A stretch of DNA of 64,000 nucleotides from an uncultured Bacillota bacterium (GTDB lineage Bacteria; Bacillota_I; Bacilli_A; RFN20; CAG-826): the NCBI GenBank assembly GCA_949291655.1, contig CASEWT010000001.1:21709-85708 (forward strand). Reading direction: 5' to 3'. Each line of letters begins with the position of its first letter. The first letter of the stretch is position 1. This document shows, piece after piece, positions 22,006-29,368 of the stretch. The position numbers and the translations under genes are program-made. Under the pieces are notes generated by a model. The model saw only the letters and a list, made by a program, of their open reading frames with translations, was not told where the DNA came from and ran no database searches.

Positions 22006-22534
22006 AACGAAATTTGATGCCATCATTGTCGTCGAGGGGAAGTCGGATGTCGATTTCATCGGGAGTTTTATTGAAGCGGACTTCATAACGACCAACGGCA
22101 GTGCTATTTCACGTGAAACAATCGGGTATCTGAAAAAGGCCGCAGAAAGGAGAACGGTCGTCGTCCTGACCGACCCGGACTCACCCGGCAAGAAGATAAG
22201 AGATTCCATTGCCCGGGAAGTACCGGGCGTGCTTCATGCCTTCATTCCGAAAGAAAAGGCCATCAAGCGTCACAAGGTGGGCGTTGCCGAAAGCGACAAG
22301 GGGACGATTCTTGAAGCGTTGAAACACCTTATTCCCGAAAAAACACCTGCAAAACCCTCCTTAACGATGGCGGATTTGGCCGAAGTCGGCCTCATTGGGC
22401 AAGCCGATTCCTCATCGAGGCGGGAAGAGCTTGGCCGCCGTCTTTCCCTTGGTCACGCGAACGGGAAGACCCTTTTGAAACGGCTGAACGCCCTGGGGCT
22501 TAGCAAAGAGGAACTGATCGATGGAAGAAAGTAA
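21998..22534 (+). CDS. rnmV: Ribonuclease M5 (Toprim domain)
   Basis: 178 aa, IVVEGKSD...VVLTDPDSPG Toprim motifs. tatD-rnmV-ksgA order as in Bacillus. Confidence 0.85.
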   Translation: MNKTKFDAIIVVEGKSDVDFIGSFIEADFITTNGSAISRETIGYLKKAAERRTVVVLTDPDSPGKKIRDSIAREVPGVLHAFIPKEKAIKRHKVGVAESDKGTILEALKHLIPEKTPAKPSLTMADLAEVGLIGQADSSSRREELGRRLSLGHANGKTLLKRLNALGLSKEELIDGRK

Positions 22535-23321
22535 GTATTTTGAGAAAATAAAAGAGTATCGCCTCTTGGCCAAGAAGCAGTTAGGGCAAAATTTCCTTGT
22601 CGATCCCAAAGCCGCCAAAGCTGCGGTCGACGCCCTCGGCATCAAGGAGGGAGACCGTGTCCTTGAGATCGGCCCCGGAGCCGGGTCGCTTTCCTATTTC
22701 CTGGCCCTAAGCCAAGGGGATTGCGACCTAATCGACGTCGACGAAGGGTTTGTGGCCAAGCTCCAAAGCGATTTCTGCGCCTTTCCGAACGTCCATCCCC
22801 GCATTGAGAATGCCTTGAAAAGCGATTTCGCGAATTACGACTCGGTCATTGGTAATCTGCCTTATTACATCACCTCAGCCCTTCTAGAGCGCTTCCTCCT
22901 CGAGGGAGCGAAGGCAAGGAAGGCAGTTTTCATGGTCCAAAAGGAAGTTTACGACCGCTTGAAGGCGGCAACGGGCGAGGACGCCGGCCCCCTCAACGTT
23001 CTCCTTTCCTATCGCTTTTCGATGAAGAAACTGTTCAACGTTCCGGCCGCCTCCTTTGTGCCTCCGCCTAGCGTGACTTCTACCGTTTTCTCCCTCGAGG
23101 CGAAGGAAGGGGCCGATATGGGGACGGCCAAGTGTCTTTATGCCTTGGCCAAGGGCCTATACATGCATCGACGGAAAAACGTCTTCAACAACCTGACGTC
23201 CTATATCGGGGACGGGGCCCGGGCCGAAAGGGCCCTCGACGAAAGCGGCCTTCCGAAGAATGCGCGGCCCGAGGAGCTTTCGCTCAATGAATTGCTCCAC
23301 CTACTTTCCTCGTTGCAATAA
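22521..23321 (+). CDS. rsmA: 16S rRNA (adenine1518/1519-N6)-dimethyltransferase
   Basis: 266 aa, KKQLGQNFL...VLEIGPGAGSL...IGNLPYYI. Confidence 0.92.
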   Translation: MEESKYFEKIKEYRLLAKKQLGQNFLVDPKAAKAAVDALGIKEGDRVLEIGPGAGSLSYFLALSQGDCDLIDVDEGFVAKLQSDFCAFPNVHPRIENALKSDFANYDSVIGNLPYYITSALLERFLLEGAKARKAVFMVQKEVYDRLKAATGEDAGPLNVLLSYRFSMKKLFNVPAASFVPPPSVTSTVFSLEAKEGADMGTAKCLYALAKGLYMHRRKNVFNNLTSYIGDGARAERALDESGLPKNARPEELSLNELLHLLSSLQ

Positions 23322-23354
23322 GGCCATTCTCTACTAATATTCTCTTGCGCGCAT

Positions 23355-24230
23355 ATGTTGTTCCACCGAAACAGCCTTATTGTTCGCTCCCACGCGAAAA
23401 TCAATCTGTCGCTGCGGATCCTCGGCTCCTTAGCCGACGGTTTCCATGACCTTGAAATGGTCAACCTCCCCCTCGATCTCCACGACGTGATCGAGGTCAA
23501 CAAAGCTCCGTATTCAATCGATACTTTCGTTACCTGCGACGATGCGAGCCTCGATTTTTCCCGCCACAACCTCTGCACCAAAGCCATTTGCAAACTGCGC
23601 GAGGCTTTCGGCTTCAAAGACAATTTCGTCGTGAACATCCATAAAGAGATCCCCTTCGCGGCGGGCTTGGGCGGCGGCTCGAGCAATGCCGCGGCCGTCA
23701 TCAAGGCCATCGTTAACTTGCTTCAGCTCAAAGCCGACGACGACATGCTCAATGAAATTGGGCTTCAAATCGGGGCCGACGTGCCGGTCTTCTTAAAAAT
23801 GCGCCCCTCCATCGTCACGGGGATCGGCGAGAAGCTGGAACCGATTGCGGTAGCGAAATCTTTTCTTTGCCTTCTCGTCAAGCCGGTTCAAGGCCTTTCG
23901 ACCAAGAAAGTGTTCCAAACTTACGACGAAAGGAAACCGGAGAATCTTGAAATCGACACCAAGAAGATTACCGCCGCATTGGCCGCCGGCGACGAGGAGG
24001 CTCTTGCCCGTTTGATTGGAAATGACCTCCAGTCGACCAGTTCCTATCTTTTGCCGGAAATCGAGGAAATCGTCGACTCTCTCCGCTTCGACGGGTTCCG
24101 TGTTGTCTCGATGTCCGGAAGCGGTTCGACGGTGTTTGCTTTGACGAGCAATGCAAAACTTGCCAAGGAATCTTACCGGAAGTACGAAAGCCTGGGCTAC
24201 GTTACTAGGTTGACGAAGACTCTTGTATAA
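23355..24230 (+). CDS. ispE: 4-diphosphocytidyl-2-C-methyl-D-erythritol kinase
   Basis: 291 aa, AKINLSL...PFAAGLGGGSSNAAA GHMP kinase motif. Confidence 0.88.
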   Translation: MLFHRNSLIVRSHAKINLSLRILGSLADGFHDLEMVNLPLDLHDVIEVNKAPYSIDTFVTCDDASLDFSRHNLCTKAICKLREAFGFKDNFVVNIHKEIPFAAGLGGGSSNAAAVIKAIVNLLQLKADDDMLNEIGLQIGADVPVFLKMRPSIVTGIGEKLEPIAVAKSFLCLLVKPVQGLSTKKVFQTYDERKPENLEIDTKKITAALAAGDEEALARLIGNDLQSTSSYLLPEIEEIVDSLRFDGFRVVSMSGSGSTVFALTSNAKLAKESYRKYESLGYVTRLTKTLV

Positions 24231-24238
24231 TTGCCGTT

Positions 24239-25648
24239 ATGGCAAACGCAGAACGTTACGCGATCATTCTCGCGGCCGGGAAAGGGTCCCGGATGAAGTC
24301 GAGGCGCGACGATGTCTCGAAAGTTTCTTTCCCGTTACTAGGGGTGCCGCTCATGGCTTACGTCATGGATGCCCTCGACGCTTGCTCCCTTGAACACCTG
24401 ATTGCCGTTTTGGGTTTCGGCGGCGCCACTTCAAGCAAGGTGGCGGAAGGACGCGCCGAAATCGTATGGCAGAAGGAACAAAAAGGTTCCGGACACGCCG
24501 TCATGATGGCGGCCCCGATTCTTGAGGGAAAAGAAGGAGAAACAATCATTTGCTGCGGGGATACGCCGCTTTTGCGGGCGGAAACGCTGCAAAACCTCTT
24601 TGAATTCCACGAAAAGAACGGCAACGACTTGACCGTTTTGACCTTCATTGCCGAAAATCCGAAAGGATATGGCCGAATTGTGAGGAAAAGCGGTCTTGTC
24701 GAAGGCATTATTGAGCAGAAAGACCTCGTTGGCGAACAGCACGATATCAAGGAAGTCAATGCCGGCGTCTATATCTTCGACAACAAAGTTCTCTTTGACT
24801 CGCTGAAGCTACTGAAGACCGACAATGCGGCCGGGGAATACTATCTGACTGACGTCATTGGGATCTTTGCTTCAAAGGGACTCAAAGTAGACGGGTATGT
24901 TGCCGAGGACCCGGTGGAAATGTCCGGCATCAATGACCGCGTCCAACTAGCTGCCGCGGCCAAGGCCATGCAAAAGAGAATCAATGAGCGCCTCATGCTT
25001 TCGGGCGTCACCATCGAAGATCCCGACACTGCCTACATCGGCCCTTACGTTCAGATTGGTGCCGATACCATTATCAAGCCCAACACAACGATCCTAGGCA
25101 GGACAGCCATCGGTTCCGAGAATGTCATCGGCCCGAATTCCTATCTTGAGAACGTTACGATGGGCGACGAGGGCTTCGTTCTTAGCTCGCATGTCGTCGA
25201 CTCAACCCTTGGCCAAAAGGTTCAGGTTGGCCCTTATGCCCGGATTCGGGGAAATGCTGTCATTCGAGACGATGCCCACATCGGAAATTTCATGGAGCTC
25301 AAAAACGTCGATTTCGGAAGCGGCAGCAAGGCGATGCATCTCTCCTACTTGGGGGACGCGACCGTCGGAGAAGGAACGAACATCGGCTGCGGGACCATCG
25401 TCGCGAACTATGATGGGGTGAACAAATTCCATAGCGAAATCGGAAGCCGCGCCTTCGTCGGAAGCGGCTCGACGCTCATCTCCCCGGTTAAGGTCGACGA
25501 CGAAGCTTTCGTAGCGGCCGGCTCGACGATCACCTCCGACGTCGAGAAGGGTGCGATGGCGATTGCCAGAGGAAGGCAAGTCAACAAGCCAGGATATGCC
25601 GCAAAACTCCGGGAAAAGGCTCTCAAGACGAAAATAGAGTCGAAATGA
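24239..25648 (+). CDS. glmU: Bifunctional GlcNAc-1-P uridyltransferase / GlcN-1-P acetyltransferase
   Basis: 469 aa. N-terminal nucleotidyltransferase motif (ILAAGKGSRM) and C-terminal left-handed beta-helix repeats. Confidence 0.93.
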   Translation: MANAERYAIILAAGKGSRMKSRRDDVSKVSFPLLGVPLMAYVMDALDACSLEHLIAVLGFGGATSSKVAEGRAEIVWQKEQKGSGHAVMMAAPILEGKEGETIICCGDTPLLRAETLQNLFEFHEKNGNDLTVLTFIAENPKGYGRIVRKSGLVEGIIEQKDLVGEQHDIKEVNAGVYIFDNKVLFDSLKLLKTDNAAGEYYLTDVIGIFASKGLKVDGYVAEDPVEMSGINDRVQLAAAAKAMQKRINERLMLSGVTIEDPDTAYIGPYVQIGADTIIKPNTTILGRTAIGSENVIGPNSYLENVTMGDEGFVLSSHVVDSTLGQKVQVGPYARIRGNAVIRDDAHIGNFMELKNVDFGSGSKAMHLSYLGDATVGEGTNIGCGTIVANYDGVNKFHSEIGSRAFVGSGSTLISPVKVDDEAFVAAGSTITSDVEKGAMAIARGRQVNKPGYAAKLREKALKTKIESK

Positions 25649-25657
25649 GCTGTTGCT

Positions 25658-25697
25658 CAAACAGGCTGGAAACTTAGTTCCCAAGCCTGTTTTTTCT
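25658..25697 (+). terminator. Rho-independent terminator after glmU
   Basis: AAACAGGCTGG...CCAAGCCTGTTT hairpin followed by TTTTTT. Confidence 0.65.
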
Positions 25698-25781
25698 TTA
25701 AAAGGCGGCAAATATCAGGTCGCAACCCCCTGTCATAGATTATGATTGCTGGTGAGAAAGACATTTGAGGAGGGCCTTTGA

Positions 25782-26036
25782 ATGGATTGGACGTGCGTCT
25801 ATGGCCAGGATGTTTTCCTGAATAGCGAGTTGATCGGATACGTTGGAAGAACCAAAGACGGGATTGGCGTTCTGTATTTGGGAAAAAAGGCCTTTTGCGA
25901 AATTGACGAGACGGGACGGATTTGGATCGCTTCAACCCAGATCGGGTATATCGATGACGGTGAGGACATCCACTTAAAAGGGAAGGTCGTTGGGGAAGTC
26001 GATTCGCGGAATGCGATAAGGTTCAAATCCCTCTAG
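25782..26036 (+). CDS. Hypothetical 84-aa protein with two internal repeats of about 25 aa
   Basis: GAGGAGG RBS 8 nt upstream. The two repeats are ELIGYVGRTKDGIGVLYLGKKAFCEID and TQIGYIDDGEDIHLKGKVVGEVD. Confidence 0.5.
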   Translation: MDWTCVYGQDVFLNSELIGYVGRTKDGIGVLYLGKKAFCEIDETGRIWIASTQIGYIDDGEDIHLKGKVVGEVDSRNAIRFKSL

Positions 26037-26100
26037 GCACAATCGTCCGGACACAGAGAGAAAACATCCATGATTTTTGGTTTTGCCTCAAGTTTTTTCA

Positions 26101-26157
26101 TATAATCTATATGTAACGCAAACAACGTTTCAATGTAACGCAAAACGCGTTACAGAG
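26101..26157 (+). promoter_or_regulatory. Promoter (-10 TATAAT) plus an operator-like inverted repeat upstream of the RHH gene
   Basis: TATAAT is followed by two TGTAACGCA half-sites. The second forms TGTAACGC-aaaac-GCGTTACA (8-bp arms), immediately before the RHH ORF. Confidence 0.6.
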
Positions 26158-26181
26158 AGTTTGGCAAAAAGGTAATTAAAT

Positions 26182-26526
26182 ATGGGAAAAGATACGCTAA
26201 ACCTGAGAATAGATAAGCAAGTCAAACAGGACGCCGAAAATGTCCTTGATGAACTCGGACTTTCTATGACAACGGCCATCACTTTATATTTGAAAACCAT
26301 TGCCCGCACCGGAGGTATTCCATTTTCCCTAACCGCTCGAAGCGATGCCTCTGCAGAACCATCCAAGGGTCCCGTTCATCAAGCGGAAGCAACCCTTACT
26401 GGCCGAATTGCCGATACTAATCGCGAAAAAACACCAAAACATCCTTATAGGATGGCGCGCGAAAGTACGGAGACGACTACAATAAAAGGGACGACTTCGT
26501 TCAAGAACGCCATCGACAAACTTTAA
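26182..26526 (+). CDS. RelB/DinJ-family ribbon-helix-helix protein (antitoxin-like) with a disordered C-terminal extension
   Basis: N-terminal 50 aa (MGKDTLNLRIDKQVKQDAENVLDELGLSMTTAITLYLKTIARTGGIPFSL) aligns with E. coli DinJ (RIDEDLKNQAADVL...GLTISDLVRITLTKVAREKALPFDL). No RelE/YafQ-like toxin gene is adjacent. Confidence 0.75.
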   Translation: MGKDTLNLRIDKQVKQDAENVLDELGLSMTTAITLYLKTIARTGGIPFSLTARSDASAEPSKGPVHQAEATLTGRIADTNREKTPKHPYRMARESTETTTIKGTTSFKNAIDKL

Positions 26527-26545
26527 GAAGGAGAAAGATCACAAT

Positions 26546-27661
26546 ATGGCTAGCAATGTCTATTTCACCGACTTCCGTGTCCACGTCGGAGAATCGCTGA
26601 CTCACAAACTTCAAAGGCTTCTGATCAAAGGCGGGTTCAAAGACATTGATTTCGAAGGGAAATTCGTCGCAATCAAGATGCATTTTGGCGAGTATGGCAA
26701 CCTTTCTTTCCTCCGTCCGAACTACGCCAAGGCTGTGGCCGATCTCGTCAAAGAGGCCGGTGGCAAGCCGTTTTTGACCGATTGCAATACGCTTTATCCC
26801 GGTTTCCGGAAAAACGCCCTCGACCATCTTACCTGCGCTCAGATGAACGGTTTCAACGAGACGACGACCGGCTGCCACGTCATTATCGGCGACGGGCTCA
26901 AAGGAACCGATGAAGTCGATGTTCCGGTTCGCGGAGGCGAATACATCAAGTGCGCCCATATCGGCCGCGCCGTCATGGATGCCGATGCATTCATATCCCT
27001 TACCCATTTCAAAGGGCACGAGGAAGCCGGTTTCGGCGGAGCCATGAAAAACATCGGCATGGGATGCGGATCGCGGGCTGGCAAGATGGATCAGCATAGT
27101 AACGGAAAGCCGAGGATCGATGCCGCGAAGTGCCGCGGCTGCCGCCGCTGCGCCAAGGAGTGCGGATCCGATGCCATCAGCTATGTCGATAACAAAGCCG
27201 TGGTCGACGTCGAGAAGTGCAAGGGCTGTGGCCGCTGCATCGGCGCCTGTTCTTTCGATGCCATCTCCCCGATTGAGTACAATTCGAACACTCTTCTGGG
27301 TTACAAAATCGCCGAATATACGAAAGCGGTCGTCGATGGCCGTCCTTGCTTTCACATCGCTCTTATCACCGACGTTTCCCCGAATTGTGATTGCCATGGC
27401 GAAAACGATGCCCCGATCATCCCCGACGTCGGCATGCTTTGTTCGAGCGATCCCGTGGCCCTCGATCAGGCCTGCGTCGACCTCTGCAACAAGCAAACGG
27501 CTTTCCGCAACTCGCAGCTTGGCGACAATCTGGCCAAAGGAGAGAAGACGGGCCAAGTCTTCCATGACAACAATCCCCATGTCGACTGGGAAGCCGCTTT
27601 GATCCAAGGGGAGAAAATCGGGCTTGGAAGCCGTGAATACAATCTCATTGAGATGAAATAA
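26546..27661 (+). CDS. DUF362 domain protein with two 4Fe-4S ferredoxin cluster motifs
   Basis: The N-terminal 220 aa are DUF362-like. They are followed by CRGCRRCAKEC and CKGCGRCIGAC (CxxCxxCxxxC twice). A further Cys-rich segment lies at the C-terminus. Confidence 0.75.
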   Translation: MASNVYFTDFRVHVGESLTHKLQRLLIKGGFKDIDFEGKFVAIKMHFGEYGNLSFLRPNYAKAVADLVKEAGGKPFLTDCNTLYPGFRKNALDHLTCAQMNGFNETTTGCHVIIGDGLKGTDEVDVPVRGGEYIKCAHIGRAVMDADAFISLTHFKGHEEAGFGGAMKNIGMGCGSRAGKMDQHSNGKPRIDAAKCRGCRRCAKECGSDAISYVDNKAVVDVEKCKGCGRCIGACSFDAISPIEYNSNTLLGYKIAEYTKAVVDGRPCFHIALITDVSPNCDCHGENDAPIIPDVGMLCSSDPVALDQACVDLCNKQTAFRNSQLGDNLAKGEKTGQVFHDNNPHVDWEAALIQGEKIGLGSREYNLIEMK

Positions 27662-28449
27662 TGCCGCTTCCACTTTCCCGCTTGGCGGAAATCGTCGCTT
27701 TCCTTCGGGGGCGCTATGCCTCCTTCGAGCGGTTCCTTCCGCGGGATTTATCGACATATCAAGGTTTAAGGAAGGCTCTTCAAAGCCTTCTTTCCTTTTA
27801 TGAAGGGGAGGGACTTCCCTTGGCCGTCAAGCGCGATATCGACGCCCTTCTCTCAGAGGAAGCGGCTGAGCGAGGGTCCTTCGATCCCTTGACTCTCCCG
27901 CTCTCTTCCCTTCCTAAGACGGCCTATTGGAAAGGCGACATCCGCCGCGTCGCATCCGATGCGATCGTCTTTTCCGTGAATCCGAGCCTCGAAGGGAGCC
28001 TCGTTCCGGGTGACACCTCGCTAGAGGCTCAGATCCAGGCGGTCGTCGGCCCTTCCTTCAAAGAGAGCCTACGGACCTTGAAAGATGCCGGCAAGAGCCA
28101 AGAAAAGCCTCTTGGAACAGCCTACGTCCTCCCTTCAAGGAATATCCCGTCTTCCAAGCTTATTGCCGTTACGGTCCCCAAAGTCGAAGTACGGGTCGCC
28201 GCGCGCGATGAGAAAGCGCTCCGGCAAGGCTATTGGAACGCTCTGGCCGCTGCGGAAAAGCGCCGTTTGAGAAGCGTCGCCTTTTCTTCCTTGGCGACCG
28301 GCGGGAACCGCTACCCCTACCGCGAAGCTGCCCGAGTGGCGTGCGATGCGGTGGAGATTTACCATTCGCGGCACGAAAAAGCCCCGATCGTTGTCTTTGT
28401 TTTGCCCGACGAGAAGCAATACGATTATTACGAGGAGTTGATAGGATGA
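27661..28449 (+). CDS. Macro (ADP-ribose binding/processing) domain protein with an N-terminal extension of about 90 aa
   Basis: The GDIRRVASDAIVFSVNPSLEG and SVAFSSLATGGNRYPYREAA segments match the macro-domain pattern GDITxxxxDAIVNAAN ... SIAFPAISTGxYGYP. The start overlaps the DUF362 stop (TAATG). Confidence 0.7.
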   Translation: MPLPLSRLAEIVAFLRGRYASFERFLPRDLSTYQGLRKALQSLLSFYEGEGLPLAVKRDIDALLSEEAAERGSFDPLTLPLSSLPKTAYWKGDIRRVASDAIVFSVNPSLEGSLVPGDTSLEAQIQAVVGPSFKESLRTLKDAGKSQEKPLGTAYVLPSRNIPSSKLIAVTVPKVEVRVAARDEKALRQGYWNALAAAEKRRLRSVAFSSLATGGNRYPYREAARVACDAVEIYHSRHEKAPIVVFVLPDEKQYDYYEELIG

Positions 28450-28655
28450 GCGCTTTCTCTTTCTTCCGCAAGAAAAAAGGACCGGCCTCCGGCCCGTCGG
28501 CCCGCGAAAAGGTGCTCGATGAGGTCGAACGCCTCCGCAAAAGCGGGGCCAAAAGCCAGGCCATGGCTGTCCTTGAGGTCGCTTATCGGAACAAGGAAAT
28601 CAACCCTTTCGACTACGAAAGCGAAAGAACGCTTCTCCTTCGCGAATTCGATTAA
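28446..28655 (+). CDS. Small 69-aa hypothetical protein coupled to the macro-domain gene
   Basis: The ATG overlaps the macro gene TGA (ATGA). Sequence MSAFSFFRKKKGPASGPSAREKVLDEVERLRKSGAKSQAMAVLEVAYRNKEINPFDYESERTLLLREFD. The longer track ORF 28233.. runs antisense to real coding sequence. Confidence 0.5.
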   Translation: MSAFSFFRKKKGPASGPSAREKVLDEVERLRKSGAKSQAMAVLEVAYRNKEINPFDYESERTLLLREFD

Positions 28656-29263
28656 TCCTCGTAAACCCCGAGGCGGTCTTTTTCCGTGAGCGGCCTGATG
28701 ACCCGGCAGGGGACCCCGCCGGCCAGGACGCCCGAAGGAATGTCGCTGACCACGACGGCCCCGGCCGCGATAACGGCGTTATCGCCGATCGTTACGCCCC
28801 CGCAGACCGTTACGTCGGAAGCGAGCCAAACGCCGTTGCCGACGACAATCGGCTTTCCATATTCGAGGTCGTGGACGGTTCCGTCCTTTTGCAGGCGCGG
28901 ATTCCGTTCTGAGGAGAGGAGGGGGCGGACGGGCGCGACGAGATGGACCCCGACCCCGCACATGACGTTGTCCCCGCAAGTGACGGGGCAGACGTCGAGG
29001 ACGACGAAGCCGTGGTTGGCATAGAAGTTGCGGCCTGTCGTGAAATGGATCCCGTAATCGACTTGAACCCCTGGGGCGATATAGGAATTCTCACCCAGTC
29101 CCGGGAAAAGTTCGCGAAGCCTATTCGCGTAAGTTTGTTCGTCGGTCGGGTCCGTTTGGTTTAGAAGATAGGCCTTGTGCTTGGCTTCCTTCGATAGGCA
29201 GGCCAGCTCAGGGTCGGTCGGATCGTAAATGCGCCCGGCCAGCATTTTCTCGCGTTCGGTCAT
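28652..29263 (-). CDS. Maltose/galactoside O-acetyltransferase-like hexapeptide-repeat acetyltransferase
   Basis: 203 aa with left-handed beta-helix hexapeptide repeats. The N-terminus resembles the Maa/LacA family. Confidence 0.8.
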   Translation of the reverse strand: MTEREKMLAGRIYDPTDPELACLSKEAKHKAYLLNQTDPTDEQTYANRLRELFPGLGENSYIAPGVQVDYGIHFTTGRNFYANHGFVVLDVCPVTCGDNVMCGVGVHLVAPVRPLLSSERNPRLQKDGTVHDLEYGKPIVVGNGVWLASDVTVCGGVTIGDNAVIAAGAVVVSDIPSGVLAGGVPCRVIRPLTEKDRLGVYED

Positions 29264-29319
29264 AATCTATTGTCCTGGATCATTATGCGAATTTCCGCAG
29301 CAAAAAGCCATTGGAATAG

Positions 29320-29351
29320 CAAAAAGAGGCCCTCCCCTGAGGGAGAGCCTC
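29320..29351 (-). terminator. Rho-independent terminator after ppdK
   Basis: GAGGCCCTCCC CTGA GGGAGAGCCTC hairpin, followed by a U-run on the minus strand. Confidence 0.6.
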
Positions 29352-29368
29352 CTTGTGGCTAGAAGCGA

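Noticed and set aside
28446-28655. Whether the 69-aa protein after the macro gene has a SHOCT domain like the 63370 protein.
   Set aside because: The GxITxEEFE core is absent (EVERLRKSGAKSQAMAVLEVAYRNKEINPFDYE). It is left as hypothetical.
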